Assembly: GCA_035651675.1 (NCBI GenBank)
Contig: DASRFH010000019.1
Coordinates: 18,288 to 82,287, forward strand
Reading direction: 5' to 3'
DNA: 64,000 nucleotides
DNA from: Chloroflexota bacterium
Lineage (GTDB): Bacteria > Chloroflexota > UBA6077 > FW602-bin22
The position numbers and the translations under genes are program-made. Shown here piece after piece: positions 49,526 to 60,937 of this stretch (within the stretch, counting starts at the first letter, position 1; every line of letters starts with the position of its first letter). Under the pieces are notes generated by a model, which was given only the letters and a program-made list of their open reading frames with translations, was not told the origin of the DNA and made no database searches.

Positions 49526-51451
49526 ATGCCCGAGCAAGAGGGCGGTTACGTCGCCCTATTCATCGACTGGGACAACTTAGCGATCTCGACCGCCGCCGAC
49601 CACGGCGGCGCGCCGCCCGACCTCCGCCGCATCGTCCAGGTCGCGCAGAGCTACGGCACCTTGCTGATCGCGCGCGCCTACGCCGAATGGGGCGTTACGA
49701 GCGAGCGGCTGAACGTCTACCGCGCCGGCGTGGAGCCGGTCTACGCACCGACCTTCCGCTTCTCCGAAGACGGCCCCGGGCGGCCGGCTGGCGGCAAGAG
49801 CCTTGCCGACCCCTGCCTCGTCTCCGACTGCATCGACATGCTGCACCTCCATCCGCAGCTCACCACGCTCGTGCTGGTGTCGGGCGACAAAGACCTGATC
49901 CCTATCGTTCGTCTGGCGCAGATGCGCGGCAAGAAGGTCGTGGTGATCGGTCCCGACCTCGTCGCGGCGGTCCTGAAGGACATGGCCGACGAGTACATCG
50001 CCTACCGCTCGCTGCTCGGCGGCGACGCGGCGCGCAGCGCCATCGTGCGCGCCGAGGCGGCCGAGCTCGGCCGGCGGCGGCGCCGCCGTGGCGGCCGCGG
50101 CCGGGGCGGCGCCGCCGCCGAGGGCGACGCGGAGACGCCGGAGCAACGAGCGGAGCCGAAGGCGCCGGGCCTGCCGCCGGCGCCGGGCCTGCCGCGTCCC
50201 CTGCACCGGGAGCGGCGGCCGTTCGCCGACCGTGCCGCCTTGCCGCGCCCTGAGCCGCCTGCCGAGCCGGTTGAGGAGGTACCGACACCACCGGCGCTCG
50301 GGGAGCCGACGCGGGTCGAGCCGCGCGTCGAGCCAATGCCGGAGCGGGCCGAGGTGCCGCCACCACCGGACCGGCCGGCGCCGGCCGAGGGCCCGGGGAG
50401 CCAGGCGTCGCCCGAGGAGCTGAGCGAGCTGTACGCCACCATCCAGACGATCCTGCGTGAGCGCACCAACGCGGGGCGGCCGCGGCTACGCGCCACGAAC
50501 CTGAAGGACCACCTCATCGCGCGCAAGCCCGGCTTCAACGAGCGAAAGTACGGCTTCAGCAGCTTCCGGGACCTGCTGGCCGCGGCGCGTGCGGCCAGCG
50601 TCCTGCAGATCACCGACGTCGGTCAGGTGCAGTGGATCTCGCTGCCGGACGTCCAGCCCGAGTCGGGCGGAACGCAGCCGGCGCCGCCTGCCCAAGCGCC
50701 AGCGCCGCCGGCCACGGAGCGGGCGCCGGCCATCGAGCTGGCCGAGGCGCTCCAGGCGATCGTCGAGATGCAGCACCACACGAAGCTGCTGACTCCGACG
50801 TACGTGACGAGCACGCTGAGCAACCTCATCAACGCCCGCAGCCCCGGCTATGGATCCGAGGACGCCCAGCGGCTCGTCGAGGCGCTGACCCGCTCGGGCG
50901 CCATCCGTGTCGACACCGAGCCCCAGGAGGTCGAGGTCGACGGCGCCAAGCACCGCGTCCGGCTGGTCCATCTGGTCGAGGAGAACCCAGAAGTGCAGCG
51001 GGCCGAGCAGGCCCGGCAGCAGCGCAACGGCGCGTCCGCGACCCGCGAAGGCTCCGCCGAGGTGACCGAGGCCGCGCCCGAGCCCGCCGCGAATGGACGG
51101 AACTCAAGCCGGCGCTCGCGGCGCGGTCGCGGCGGATCCAAGAAGGGTGCGGGGGACGAGGCCGGCGAGGCGGTCGCGGCCGAGCCGCCCGCCGCTGAGC
51201 CGACGGCGGAGAGCCCGCTCGACCAGGTCTTCGCCACGCTGGTCGATGCGGTCCGCGCAAGCATCCCGCCCGGCCGCGACACCGCCGGCGCTGCCGGCGT
51301 CAAGTCGCGCCTGTCCGCCGCGCTGCCGTCGTTCGACGAAAAGCAGCTGGGCTTTTCGAAGTTCAAGGACTTCCTGCTCGCCGCCGAGAAAGCCGGCAAG
51401 GTCCGCGTCGAGACGAGCGGCGCCGCGACGCGGGTCGGGCTACCCGGCTAA
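49526..51451 (+). CDS. NYN (LabA-like PIN-fold nuclease) domain protein with multiple OST-HTH/LOTUS domains and RGG/Pro-rich linkers
   Basis: The N-terminal ALFIDWDNL...ARAYAEW...[28 protein letters not shown] is a NYN/LabA pattern. OST-HTH-like modules occur near aa 293-365 ([26 protein letters not shown]) and aa 560-635 ([26 protein letters not shown]). The RGG tracts are [13 protein letters not shown] and [13 protein letters not shown]. Confidence 0.7.
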   Translation: MPEQEGGYVALFIDWDNLAISTAADHGGAPPDLRRIVQVAQSYGTLLIARAYAEWGVTSERLNVYRAGVEPVYAPTFRFSEDGPGRPAGGKSLADPCLVSDCIDMLHLHPQLTTLVLVSGDKDLIPIVRLAQMRGKKVVVIGPDLVAAVLKDMADEYIAYRSLLGGDAARSAIVRAEAAELGRRRRRRGGRGRGGAAAEGDAETPEQRAEPKAPGLPPAPGLPRPLHRERRPFADRAALPRPEPPAEPVEEVPTPPALGEPTRVEPRVEPMPERAEVPPPPDRPAPAEGPGSQASPEELSELYATIQTILRERTNAGRPRLRATNLKDHLIARKPGFNERKYGFSSFRDLLAAARAASVLQITDVGQVQWISLPDVQPESGGTQPAPPAQAPAPPATERAPAIELAEALQAIVEMQHHTKLLTPTYVTSTLSNLINARSPGYGSEDAQRLVEALTRSGAIRVDTEPQEVEVDGAKHRVRLVHLVEENPEVQRAEQARQQRNGASATREGSAEVTEAAPEPAANGRNSSRRSRRGRGGSKKGAGDEAGEAVAAEPPAAEPTAESPLDQVFATLVDAVRASIPPGRDTAGAAGVKSRLSAALPSFDEKQLGFSKFKDFLLAAEKAGKVRVETSGAATRVGLPG

Positions 51452-51452
51452 C

Positions 51453-53027
51453 GTGGTGGCCGAAGCGGCGCGCGAGGCGACGGCCACGCACGAGGCCGTC
51501 GCCATAGTCGACTTCGGGTCGCAGTACAGCCAGCTCATCGCGCGGCGGGTCCGCGAGCAGAACGTCTACTGCGAGCTGATCCCGCCGGACGCCACCGCCG
51601 ACGAGGTGGCGCGGCTCGACCCGAAGGCGTTCATCCTGTCCGGGGGTCCGGCCTCTGTCTACGAGCCGGGCGCGCCGCGGGCACCCGACTACGTCTTCGC
51701 GTCGGGCAGGCCTGTGCTGGCGATCTGCTACGGGATGCAGCTCGTCGCGCACCAGCTCGGCGGGCGGGTCAGCCCGGCGGCGAAGCGCGAGTTCGGGCAG
51801 GCCGAGGTCGAGCGGGTCGACGGCGCCCTCATCTTCGACGGCCTGCCCGAGAGCTTTCCGGTCTGGATGAGCCACGCCGACCACGTCGAACAGCTCCCAC
51901 CCGGCTTCCGCGCGCTCGCGCGCAGCCGCAACTCGCCGTACGCCGCGATGGGCAACGACCGCATCGTCGCGCTCCAGTTCCATCCAGAGGTGGTCCACAC
52001 GCCGCTCGGCGGCGAGATCCTGCGCAATTTCCTGTTCAAAGTCGCCGGGCTGCGCGGCGAATGGACGCCGGCCGCGTTCGTGGACGAGGCCGTCGAGCGC
52101 ATCCGCGCCCAGGTGGGCGACGGGCGTGCGATCTGCGGCCTATCGGGCGGCGTCGATTCGGCCGTCGCCGCGGCGCTGACGCACCGCGCGATCGGAGACC
52201 GGCTCACCTGCGTCTTCGTGGACCATGGGCTTCTCCGCAAAGGCGAGCGAGACCAGGTCGTCGAGACTTTCCGCGACCGGCTCGGCTTCAACCTCGTCGC
52301 GGTCGACGCCGCGAGCCGCTTCCTGGAACGGCTGGCCGGCGTCGAGGACCCGGAGGAGAAGCGGCGCCGCATCGGCCACGAGTTCGTGCGGGTGTTCGAG
52401 CACGAAGCGCAGCGGCTGACCGCGACCGTGGGCCAGTTCGACTTCCTGGTACAGGGCACGCTCTATCCCGACGTCATCGAGAGCGCGACGAAGCACAAGA
52501 CGGCGCAGACGATCAAGACGCACCACAACGTCGGCGGCTTGCCCGAGCAGATGGAGTTCGACCTGGTCGAGCCGCTCCGCCACGTCTTCAAGGACGAGGT
52601 GCGGCGCATCGGCCTGGAGCTCGGCCTGCCGGAGGACGTCGTGTGGCGCCACCCGTTCCCGGGTCCCGGCCTCGCCATTCGCATCCTCGGGGAGGTCACG
52701 CGCGAACGCGTCCGGACGCTGCAGGAAGCCGACGCGATCTTCGTCGAGGAGCTGCGGGCGGCCGGCCTGTACCGCGCGTGCGCCCAGGCGCTCGCAGTGC
52801 TGACCCCGCTCCGCACGGTCGGCGTCATGGGGGACGGCCGCACCTATTCCAACGTGGTGGCCTTGCGCGCGGTCACGACCGAGGACTTCATGACCGCCGA
52901 CTGGGCGCGCCTCCCGTACGACCTGCTGGGGCGCGTCTCGTCCCGCATCGTGAACGAGGTCGCTGACATCAACCGCGTCGTCTACGACATCTCGAGCAAG
53001 CCGCCGGCGACGATCGAGTGGGAGTGA
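51453..53027 (+). CDS. guaA: GMP synthase (glutamine-hydrolysing)
   Basis: I trimmed the ORF to GTG 51453, one nt after the upstream stop. GATase domain (ICYGMQL, HPE), ATP-PPase motif SGGVDSAV, and the C-terminal ...[12 protein letters not shown]. Confidence 0.93.
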   Translation: MVAEAAREATATHEAVAIVDFGSQYSQLIARRVREQNVYCELIPPDATADEVARLDPKAFILSGGPASVYEPGAPRAPDYVFASGRPVLAICYGMQLVAHQLGGRVSPAAKREFGQAEVERVDGALIFDGLPESFPVWMSHADHVEQLPPGFRALARSRNSPYAAMGNDRIVALQFHPEVVHTPLGGEILRNFLFKVAGLRGEWTPAAFVDEAVERIRAQVGDGRAICGLSGGVDSAVAAALTHRAIGDRLTCVFVDHGLLRKGERDQVVETFRDRLGFNLVAVDAASRFLERLAGVEDPEEKRRRIGHEFVRVFEHEAQRLTATVGQFDFLVQGTLYPDVIESATKHKTAQTIKTHHNVGGLPEQMEFDLVEPLRHVFKDEVRRIGLELGLPEDVVWRHPFPGPGLAIRILGEVTRERVRTLQEADAIFVEELRAAGLYRACAQALAVLTPLRTVGVMGDGRTYSNVVALRAVTTEDFMTADWARLPYDLLGRVSSRIVNEVADINRVVYDISSKPPATIEWE

Positions 53028-53034
53028 CCTAGCC

Positions 53035-54300
53035 GTGCGCGTTCTCGTGATCGGCTCGGGGGGGCGGGAGCACGCGCTCTGCTGGAAGATTGCGCAGAGC
53101 CCGCGGTGCGACGCGCTCTTCTGCGCGCCAGGGAACGGCGGCACGGCCGCGATCGCCGAGCCCGTGCTGGCCGACGACCTGCCCGCGTGGGCCGCCGACA
53201 ACGGCATCGACCTCGCGGTCGTCGGTCCGGACGACCCGCTCGCGGCCGGCCTCGTCGATCGGTTCCAGGCCCGCGGCGTCCGCGCCTTCGGCCCGACGCG
53301 CGCAGCGGCCGAGATCGAGTGGAGCAAAAGCTGGGCGAAGCAGTTCGCCGCCGACCACGGCATCCCGACGGCGCGCTGGGCCGCCTTCGTCGACGCCGAC
53401 GCCGCGCACGCGTACGTCGACGCACATCCGCCGGGCCTGGCGGTCAAGGCCGACGGCCTGGCGCTTGGCAAAGGCGTCACCGTCTGCGCCACGCGCGAGG
53501 AGGCGCACCAAGCCGTCGACGCGTTGATGCGCGACCGCGTCCTCGGCGCGGCCGGGGCGCGCGTGGTGATCGAGGAGCGGCTGACCGGCCGCGAGGTGTC
53601 GGCGATCGCCGTCTGCGACGGCCGCGCATACCGGATGCTGCCTTTCGCCTGCGACCACAAAGCGGCTTACGATGGCGACCGCGGTCCCAACACCGGCGGT
53701 ATGGGCGCTTACTCCCCCGCGCCCTGGGTCTCGGGCGCACTGGCGGACGAGATCGCGCGGCGGATGATCGCGCCGGCCGTGCGCGGCCTGGCCGCGATCG
53801 GCCGTCCGTTCGTCGGATTCCTTTACTGCGGGCTGATGGTCACGCCGGCGGGGCCGCGCGTGATCGAGTTCAACGCGCGGATGGGCGACCCCGAGGCGCA
53901 GGCGATCTTGCCGCGACTCGACTTCGACCTGCTCGAGGTGCTCGACCTCGCGGTCGACGGTCGGCTCTCCGAGGCCCCCGATCGGCTGCCGATCTCGCCG
54001 TGGGCCTGCTGCTGCGTCGTGCTGGCGTCGAGGAACTACCCGGCTTCGTCCCCGACCGGGCTGCCGATAGAAGGGCTCGACCGCGTCGAGCCAGCCGTGC
54101 ACGTCTTCCACGCCGGAACGCGGCGGGAGGGCGAGCAGCTCGTGACGGCCGGGGGTCGGGTGCTCGGCATATCGGCGGTGGGTCCGACCGTGGAGGCCGC
54201 GCGTGAACGCGCCTACGCGAACGCGGCGCGCGTCCGGTTCGAGGGCGTTCGCTACCGACGCGACATCGGGGCCGCGGCCGTGCCGACGGCTGCTCGGTGA
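53035..54300 (+). CDS. purD: Phosphoribosylamine--glycine ligase
   Basis: MRVLVIGSGGREHAL, an ATP-grasp domain, and EFNARMGDPE. Confidence 0.95.
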   Translation: MRVLVIGSGGREHALCWKIAQSPRCDALFCAPGNGGTAAIAEPVLADDLPAWAADNGIDLAVVGPDDPLAAGLVDRFQARGVRAFGPTRAAAEIEWSKSWAKQFAADHGIPTARWAAFVDADAAHAYVDAHPPGLAVKADGLALGKGVTVCATREEAHQAVDALMRDRVLGAAGARVVIEERLTGREVSAIAVCDGRAYRMLPFACDHKAAYDGDRGPNTGGMGAYSPAPWVSGALADEIARRMIAPAVRGLAAIGRPFVGFLYCGLMVTPAGPRVIEFNARMGDPEAQAILPRLDFDLLEVLDLAVDGRLSEAPDRLPISPWACCCVVLASRNYPASSPTGLPIEGLDRVEPAVHVFHAGTRREGEQLVTAGGRVLGISAVGPTVEAARERAYANAARVRFEGVRYRRDIGAAAVPTAAR

Positions 54301-55109
54301 AGCTCCTGCACCGCGGGAAAGTCCGCGACGTCTACGAGCTCGACGGCGACCGGCTCGTGCTGGTGGCGAGCGATCGGATCTCGGCGTTCGACGTCGTGCT
54401 GCCGACGCCGATCCCCGGGAAGGGGATCGTCTTGACCCAGTTGTCCGCGTTCTGGTTCGAGCTCACGCGCCACCTGATCGATAACCACCTCATCTCCGTC
54501 GAGGGACGGTCGATGGTCTGCCGCAAGGCGAAGCGGCTCGACGTCGAGTGCGTCGTGCGGGGGTACCTGGCCGGCTCGGCCTGGGCCGAGTACCGACGCG
54601 CCGGGACGGTTGGAGGGCAGCCCGCGCCCGCCGGACTGAGCGAGAGCGCCGAGCTCCCCGAGCCGCTCTTCACGCCGACGACCAAGGCGGAGGCCGGCCA
54701 CGACCAGCCGATGTCCTACGCTGAGGTCGAATCCGCGATCGGCGCCAGGCTCGCCGCGCAGGTGCGGGAGTCGACGCTCGCGGTCTACGGCTGGGCACGG
54801 GCCTACGCGCGCGAACGGGGGATCATCATCGCCGACACGAAGCTCGAGTTCGGCCTTGTCGACGGCCGCCTCATCTTGATCGACGAGCTGCTGACGCCCG
54901 ACTCATCTCGCTTCTGGCCGGCCGCCGAGTACCAGCCGGGAGGACCGCAGCCAAGCTTCGACAAGCAGTACGTCCGCGACTACCTCGAGGCGACGGGGTG
55001 GGACAAGACGGCACCCGGCCCCGAGCTGCCACCTGATGTGGTCGCGAAGACCGGCGAGAAATACCGCGAGGCCTACCGACGGTTGGTGGGCCGCGAGCTG
55101 GAGCTCTGA
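54297..55109 (+). CDS. purC: Phosphoribosylaminoimidazole-succinocarboxamide synthase
   Basis: GTGA overlap with purD. GKVRDVYE, SDRISAFD, IIADTKLEFG, DSSRFW. Confidence 0.93.
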   Translation: MKLLHRGKVRDVYELDGDRLVLVASDRISAFDVVLPTPIPGKGIVLTQLSAFWFELTRHLIDNHLISVEGRSMVCRKAKRLDVECVVRGYLAGSAWAEYRRAGTVGGQPAPAGLSESAELPEPLFTPTTKAEAGHDQPMSYAEVESAIGARLAAQVRESTLAVYGWARAYARERGIIIADTKLEFGLVDGRLILIDELLTPDSSRFWPAAEYQPGGPQPSFDKQYVRDYLEATGWDKTAPGPELPPDVVAKTGEKYREAYRRLVGRELEL

Positions 55110-55112
55110 CCG

Positions 55113-55388
55113 ATGTGGCTGGCGCGCGTGTACGTCACGCTGAAACCGACCGTGAACGACCCGCAGGGCCTGGCGATCCGCGGCGGGCTGCTGCACCTCG
55201 GCTTCGACACGCTCGAGTCGGTGCGGGCTGGCAAATACCTGGAGTTGCGGATGACGGACCAGGATCGGGCGGACGCCGAGCGGAAGGTCGACCAGATGTG
55301 CCGGCAGCTCCTCGCCAACCCGGTGATCGAGGAGTACCGCTACGAGGTCGAGCCCCTGTCGACCACGCCCTTGGTCGAGGGGACCTGA
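55113..55388 (+). CDS. purS: Phosphoribosylformylglycinamidine synthase subunit PurS
   Basis: The 91-aa product [26 protein letters not shown]...LANPVIEEY matches the PurS pattern. Confidence 0.85.
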   Translation: MWLARVYVTLKPTVNDPQGLAIRGGLLHLGFDTLESVRAGKYLELRMTDQDRADAERKVDQMCRQLLANPVIEEYRYEVEPLSTTPLVEGT

Positions 55389-55963
55389 TCGCCTAGCCGC
55401 GGGTCGAGCCGCGTCGCCCCATCCAGCGCCCGACCGAGCGCCTTGAACAGCGCCTCGACTTTGTGGTGGCCATTCACGCCGGCCAGCACCGCCGCGTGGA
55501 GGTTCAAGCGCGCCTCGATCGCGAACGACTCGAGGAAGTGCCGGAACATGTCGCCGTCGATCCCGCCGATCCACGTGCGCTCGAGCGGTGCGTCGACGAC
55601 CGCGTAGCCGCGCCCGCCGCAGTCGATCACGACGCGCGCCAGCGCCTCGTCGAGCGGGACGTAGGCGTGGGCCGTGCGCACGATGCCGCGCCGCTCGCCA
55701 AGCGCCTCGTTCACGGCGCGCCCGAGCGCGATGGCCACGTCCTCGACCGTGTGGTGCGCCTCGACCGCCAGGTCGCCCTTCGCCTCGACGTTCAGGTCGA
55801 AGAGCCCGTGCCGCGCGAACGCGTCGAGCACGTGGTCGAAAAACGGCAGACCGGTCGACACCTCGGCCTGACCGGTGCCGTCGAGCTTGAGCGTCAGCCG
55901 GATCCGCGTCTCGCGCGTGTCGCGAGCGACGGTCGCGGCGCGTGGGTCAGGCACGCGGGGCAA
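55340..55963 (-). CDS. hisB: Imidazoleglycerol-phosphate dehydratase
   Basis: [31 protein letters not shown] and [15 protein letters not shown]. Its 3' end overlaps purS convergently by about 49 nt. Confidence 0.92.
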   Translation of the reverse strand: MPRVPDPRAATVARDTRETRIRLTLKLDGTGQAEVSTGLPFFDHVLDAFARHGLFDLNVEAKGDLAVEAHHTVEDVAIALGRAVNEALGERRGIVRTAHAYVPLDEALARVVIDCGGRGYAVVDAPLERTWIGGIDGDMFRHFLESFAIEARLNLHAAVLAGVNGHHKVEALFKALGRALDGATRLDPRLGDQVPSTKGVVDRGSTS

Positions 55964-57311
55964 TCCTTTCCAGCCGGTGCTCGACGGCCGCGGCGTGCGC
56001 GGGCAGCCCTTCGGCGCGCGCCAGCGTCGCCGCCGGCGGGCCGAGGCGGTTCACGCCGTCCACGCCGATCGCGAACACGCTCGTGACTTTGAGGAAGTCG
56101 TTGGTCGTCAGGGGCGAGGAGAAGCGGGCTGTGCCGCCGGTCGGCATGACGTGGCTGGGTCCCGCCGTGTAGTCGCCGACCGCCTCGAGCGACGTCTCGC
56201 CGACGAACACGCCGCCGGCGTTCTTAACCTTGGCCATCGCCGCCCACGGGTCCCGCACGAGCAGGCACAGGTGCTCGGGGGCGTACTCGTTGGCCAGCTC
56301 GAGCGCGACGTCGACGGAGCCCGTGACGACGATCCCGCCGCGGCTCGCCAGGGAAGCGCGCGCGACGTCCGGCTTCGGAAGCCGCGCCAGCTGGCGCTCG
56401 ACCTGCGCGCCGACCAACTTGGCGACCTGCTCGCTGGTGGCGAGCAGGATGGCGCTGGCGAGGGGGTCGTGCTCCGCCTGGGCGAGCATGTCGGCCGCCG
56501 CCGCGCCTGGATCGGCCGACTCGTCGGCGATCAGCATCGTCTCGGTCGGCCCGGCGATCGCGTCGACGCCCACGACGCCGTAGACGCGCCGCTTGGCGAG
56601 CGCGACGAAGATGTTGCCCGGACCGACGATCTTGTCAACGCGGGGCACTGACTCGGTGCCGAACGCCATCGCCGCGATCGCCTGCGCCCCCCCGAGCTTG
56701 AAGACGCGGTCGACCCCGGCCAGGTCGGCCGCGACCAACATCGTGGGGTGCGCCGTCCCGTCCGGGCGTGGCGGCGTGCACATCACAACGCTCGAGCAGC
56801 CGGCGACGCGGGCCGGCACCGCGGCCATCACGACCGTGGACGGGTAAGCAGCGCGGCCACCCGGTGCGTGCAGGCCGATTCGCTCGATCGGCGTAACCCG
56901 TTGGCCGATCGCCCCATCGGGGCCAAAGTCGAGCCAAGACCGCGGCAGGTGCCGCTGGTGGAAGGTTCTGACCTGCTGGATCGCCAGCCGCAGCGCGTCG
57001 ACGACTTCGTCTGGCACGGCGCGGTACGCGGCTTCGACCTCCGCGCGCTCGACCTCGAAGCTCGCGAGGATCGCGCGGTCGAGCCTCGCCGTTACCTCGC
57101 GCAGCGCGGCGTCGCCGCGGGCGCGCACGTCGGCCAGGATGCGCTCGACCACCTGGTCCGGCGCGAGCCGCTCGCCCCAGACCCGCTCGCTCTGGTCGAG
57201 CAGTTCCGGCGTCACCTCGACGTCCTGGACGAGCCCCCGACGCAGCAGCGACCGCCGCGCCTCGGCCAGGTCGGCCACGATCCGAACGGACACGGCCGGG
57301 AATCCTAGCAC
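55947..57311 (-). CDS. hisD: Histidinol dehydrogenase
   Basis: [25 protein letters not shown] and the typical HisD C-terminus. The start is uncertain (GTG 57311 or GTG 57293). It overlaps hisB by 17 nt. Confidence 0.92.
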   Translation of the reverse strand: MLGFPAVSVRIVADLAEARRSLLRRGLVQDVEVTPELLDQSERVWGERLAPDQVVERILADVRARGDAALREVTARLDRAILASFEVERAEVEAAYRAVPDEVVDALRLAIQQVRTFHQRHLPRSWLDFGPDGAIGQRVTPIERIGLHAPGGRAAYPSTVVMAAVPARVAGCSSVVMCTPPRPDGTAHPTMLVAADLAGVDRVFKLGGAQAIAAMAFGTESVPRVDKIVGPGNIFVALAKRRVYGVVGVDAIAGPTETMLIADESADPGAAAADMLAQAEHDPLASAILLATSEQVAKLVGAQVERQLARLPKPDVARASLASRGGIVVTGSVDVALELANEYAPEHLCLLVRDPWAAMAKVKNAGGVFVGETSLEAVGDYTAGPSHVMPTGGTARFSSPLTTNDFLKVTSVFAIGVDGVNRLGPPAATLARAEGLPAHAAAVEHRLERIAPRA

Positions 57312-57340
57312 GCGACCTCGGCGGCCCTAGAATTCGAGCC

Positions 57341-58684
57341 GTGACGGAGACACCCAAGAAGCCATCCGCCCCGCCGCGCGTCCTACAAGGCATGCGCGAC
57401 TTCCTCCCCGAGCGCATGCTGCTGCGCCAGTGGGTGATCGGCGAGCTCCGCACCGTCTTCGAGAGCTTCGGCTTCGAGCCGCTCGACACGCCGGCCGTCG
57501 AGTACGCCGAGACACTGAAAGGCAAGTACGGCGAGGAAGCCGACAAGCTGATCTATGAGTTCGAAGACCGCGGCGACCGGCGCGTCGGCCTGCGCTACGA
57601 CCTGACCGTGCCGCTGGCCCGCGTCGCCGCGACGTACCCAGACCTCCCGAAGCCGTTCAAGCGCTACCAGATCGCGCCGGTTTGGCGGGCCGAGCGTCCG
57701 CAGAAGGGGCGCTACCGCGAGTTTTGGCAGTGCGACGTCGACACCGTCGGGTCGACCTCGCCGCTCGCCGACGCCGAGCTCGTGATGGTCGTCACCTCGG
57801 TGCTCGACCGCCTCGGCTTCGCCAACTACACGGTGCGGATCAACAACCGGAAGATCCTTGGCGCCCTCGCCGAGGGCCTCGGCGTCCGCGGCGAGGCCGC
57901 GCTCGCGCTGTTCCGCTCGCTCGACAAGCTCGACAAGATCGGCGCCGCTGGCGTCCGCGCCGAGCTTGTCCAGCGCGGCCTGTCAGAGGCGACCGCCGAC
58001 CGGCTGTTCGAGCTCGTCGAGACGTCCGGCTCGAACGAGGAGACCCTCGCCGGCCTGCGCCGGCGGTTCCAGGATGCTCCGCGAGCGATCGAGGGGGTCG
58101 CGGAGCTCGAGGCGATCGCCGCGGCCCTCGGCGCGAGCGGGGTCGGCGCTGACCGGTACCGCATCGACCTGTCGATGATCCGAGGCCTCGACTACTACAC
58201 CGGGCCGATCTTCGAGACGGTCGTTGACGAGCCAAAGATCGGCTCGATCTCGGGGGGCGGGCGCTACGACAACTTGATTGGCATGTTCGGCCGCGACCTG
58301 CCCGCCACCGGCGTCTCCCTCGGATTCGAGCGCGTCGTTGACGTGATGGAGGAGCTCGGCCTGGCACCCGAGCACCTCGCCCGCACGGTGACGCAGGTGC
58401 TCGTCACCGTCTTCGGCCCCGATACCGAGGCGGCCTCGCTGGGCATCGCCGCTGAGCTGCGGCGCGCCGGCGTGCGGACCGAGGTCGCGCTCACCGGCGA
58501 CCGGATCGGCAAGCAGCTCCAGTACGCCTCCCGCCGGCGGATCCCGACCGTCGTGATCGTCGGACCAGACGAGGTGTCGCGCGGCGTGGCCCTCGTGAAG
58601 GACATGGCGACCGGCGAGCAGCGGACGGTCGCCCGCCCGGACCTGGCAGGCACGTTATGCAAGCACTACGGCTCTATTACGTAG
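57341..58684 (+). CDS. hisS: Histidine--tRNA ligase
   Basis: GMRDFLP, class II motifs (FRYERPQ-like WRAERPQKGRYREFWQCD, GGGRYDNL), and a C-terminal anticodon-binding domain, which argues against HisZ. Confidence 0.85.
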   Translation: MTETPKKPSAPPRVLQGMRDFLPERMLLRQWVIGELRTVFESFGFEPLDTPAVEYAETLKGKYGEEADKLIYEFEDRGDRRVGLRYDLTVPLARVAATYPDLPKPFKRYQIAPVWRAERPQKGRYREFWQCDVDTVGSTSPLADAELVMVVTSVLDRLGFANYTVRINNRKILGALAEGLGVRGEAALALFRSLDKLDKIGAAGVRAELVQRGLSEATADRLFELVETSGSNEETLAGLRRRFQDAPRAIEGVAELEAIAAALGASGVGADRYRIDLSMIRGLDYYTGPIFETVVDEPKIGSISGGGRYDNLIGMFGRDLPATGVSLGFERVVDVMEELGLAPEHLARTVTQVLVTVFGPDTEAASLGIAAELRRAGVRTEVALTGDRIGKQLQYASRRRIPTVVIVGPDEVSRGVALVKDMATGEQRTVARPDLAGTLCKHYGSIT

Positions 58685-59973
58685 TCTTACTGCTCTTCAT
58701 CGCGACCACTGCCCGCGCGGCCGGGCAGTTCGTGCAAGTCCTGGTGGTGGATGGACCGATCACGCCGACGGTCGCCGGCTACGTCCAGCGCGGCATCGAC
58801 GATGCGGAGCGCAACGGCGCCCAGGCGGTCGTGCTTCAGCTCGACACACCTGGTGGCCTCGACGATTCGATGCGGAAGATCATCCAGCGCATCAACGCGA
58901 GCAAGGTGCCCGTCGTCGTCTACGTGTATCCGTCGGGCGGCCGAGCCGCGTCGGCCGGTATGTTCATCACCCAGGCCGCGCACGTCGCGGCGATGGCGCC
59001 GGACACCAACATCGGCTCGGCCCACCCGGTCCAGCTCGGCGGCGGTGGCCTCCTGGGTGGGGACAGCACGCCGGACCAGACGATGACCCAGAAGGTCGAG
59101 AACGACGCGGTGGCGCTGGTGCGCTCGCTCGCCGCGACGCACGCCCGCAACGCGGATTGGGCCGAGCAAGCGGTCCGGCAGAGCGTCAACGTCCCGGCCA
59201 GCGAAGCGCTCGAGAAGCACGTCGTCGACGTGATCGCGCCGAGCTACCCGGCGCTCCTCAACCAGATCGACGGGCGTGACGTGGCGCTCGGGGACGGCAG
59301 CCACGTCACGCTGCACACCGCGAACGCCGAGCTGCGGCAGGAGCCGATGACGTTCGCCGAGGGCCTCATCGCCCGGCTCAGCGACCCGAACGTCGCCTAC
59401 CTGCTCCTGACCCTCGGCTTTTATGGGCTCATCTACGAGCTCGCCAACCCTGGCACCTGGATCCCCGGCACAGTCGGCATCGCCGCGATCGTCGTCGCGC
59501 TCTACGCACTCGGCACGCTGCCCGTCAACTGGGCGGGCGTCGCTCTGATCGGCCTTGCGTTCGCGCTCTTCGCGGCGGACGTGCTGGTGACCTCCGGCCA
59601 CGGGGCGCTCACCGCCGCCGGCGCGCTGACGCTGCTGCTCGGCTCGCTGTTCATCTTTTCGGGGGCGACGCCGGGTATGCAGCTCTCGCCGTGGGTCGTC
59701 GGCGGCGTCGTGCTGGCGAGCAGCGGCTTCTTCGTTTTCGTCGTGGGCGCCGCCTACCGCACGCGGCGCCGGCCGGTCGCGGTTGGCGCCGAGGCGCTGC
59801 TGGGCCAGGTCGGGACGGTGATGGTCGAGCTCGCACCCGTCGGACAGATCGAGGTGGCCGGCGAGATCTGGCGCGCCGAGCTCGCCGGCTCCGGCGCTCC
59901 CGTACCGAGGGGCCAACGCGTGCGCGTCGTCGGACGCCACGGGCTAACCCTCGACGTCCAGCCCGCCGCATAG
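58657..59973 (+). CDS. NfeD family membrane-bound ClpP-class serine protease
   Basis: A signal peptide, a ClpP-like domain ([19 protein letters not shown]), four TM helices and a C-terminal OB-fold NfeD domain (VAGEIWRAE). Confidence 0.8.
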   Translation: MQALRLYYVVLLLFIATTARAAGQFVQVLVVDGPITPTVAGYVQRGIDDAERNGAQAVVLQLDTPGGLDDSMRKIIQRINASKVPVVVYVYPSGGRAASAGMFITQAAHVAAMAPDTNIGSAHPVQLGGGGLLGGDSTPDQTMTQKVENDAVALVRSLAATHARNADWAEQAVRQSVNVPASEALEKHVVDVIAPSYPALLNQIDGRDVALGDGSHVTLHTANAELRQEPMTFAEGLIARLSDPNVAYLLLTLGFYGLIYELANPGTWIPGTVGIAAIVVALYALGTLPVNWAGVALIGLAFALFAADVLVTSGHGALTAAGALTLLLGSLFIFSGATPGMQLSPWVVGGVVLASSGFFVFVVGAAYRTRRRPVAVGAEALLGQVGTVMVELAPVGQIEVAGEIWRAELAGSGAPVPRGQRVRVVGRHGLTLDVQPAA

Positions 59974-60037
59974 CATTGTTCGACCCGCGGTGTATCCACC
60001 TTCGGAAACACCGCACCCTGCCAGGGAGGAAGCGCCG

Positions 60038-60853
60038 GTGCAGACCCTGATCAACCTGGGCATTCTCATCGCGGTCATCGTCTTCGTCGTCCTGCCGCTG
60101 TTCGGGGCCGCTGTGCGCGTGGTCCAGGAATACGAGCGCGGCGTCATCTTCCGCCTCGGGCGGCTGGTCGGCGCCCGCGGGCCGGGTCTGTTCCTCATCG
60201 TGCCGTTCCTCGACCGGATGGTGAAGGTAGACCTGCGAGTCGTCACGATGGAGGTGCCGCCGCAGGAGATCATCACCCGGGATAACGTCACGCTCCGCGT
60301 GAGCGCGGTGCTCTACTTCCGCGTCGTCGACCCCGGCGCGGCGGTCACGCGCGTAACCGACTACGTGCGGGCGACCTTCCAGATCGCGCAGACGACGCTG
60401 CGTTCAGTGCTCGGCCAGTCGGAGCTCGACGAGCTGCTCGCCAACCGCGAGCACATCAACGAGCGTCTGCAGCAGATCATCGACACGCAGACCGAGCCGT
60501 GGGGGATCAAGGTAACGGCTGTCGAGGTGAAAGACGTCGAGCTGCCCGAGTCGATGCAGCGCGCGATCGCGCGGCAGGCCGAGGCCGAGCGCGAGAAGCG
60601 CGCCAAGATCATCCACGCCGAGGGCGAGCTACAGGCGTCGGAGACGCTCGCCAACGCGGCGCGCGTCATCGGCTCGCAGCCGCAGACGCTGCAGCTCCGC
60701 TACCTGCAGACGCTCACCGAGATCTCGGCCGAGCGGAACTCGACGATCATCTTCCCCGTCCCCATCGACCTGATCTCGGGCTTCCTCGAAGCGGCCGGCA
60801 TCGCCATTCGGGCTCCGCGCGGCGCCGAGTCGACCAATCGAGAAACCCCCTAG
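60038..60853 (+). CDS. SPFH/band-7 (stomatin-like) protein
   Basis: GTG 60038 lies 7 nt after GGGAGGA. An N-terminal TM segment is followed by [14 protein letters not shown], the SPFH core and the [11 protein letters not shown] coiled coil. This is the classic partner of NfeD. Confidence 0.85.
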   Translation: MQTLINLGILIAVIVFVVLPLFGAAVRVVQEYERGVIFRLGRLVGARGPGLFLIVPFLDRMVKVDLRVVTMEVPPQEIITRDNVTLRVSAVLYFRVVDPGAAVTRVTDYVRATFQIAQTTLRSVLGQSELDELLANREHINERLQQIIDTQTEPWGIKVTAVEVKDVELPESMQRAIARQAEAEREKRAKIIHAEGELQASETLANAARVIGSQPQTLQLRYLQTLTEISAERNSTIIFPVPIDLISGFLEAAGIAIRAPRGAESTNRETP

Positions 60854-60937
60854 AACTTTTTGCCCAGCCTGGCTCCCCCAACTGGCCAGCTCGCTCGCCA
60901 TCCTGCTCAATACAATTGCGCGCCTTAGTAGTACATT

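Noticed and set aside
48997-49527. 176-aa minus-strand ORF spanning the atp-operon upstream region and overlapping atpZ
   Set aside because: It overlaps atpZ entirely in another frame, has no recognisable family, and is Arg-rich in its 3' half. The 49233-49525 stretch reads better as a divergent promoter region, with a possible minus-strand TTGCGG-17-TATACT around 49258-49286.
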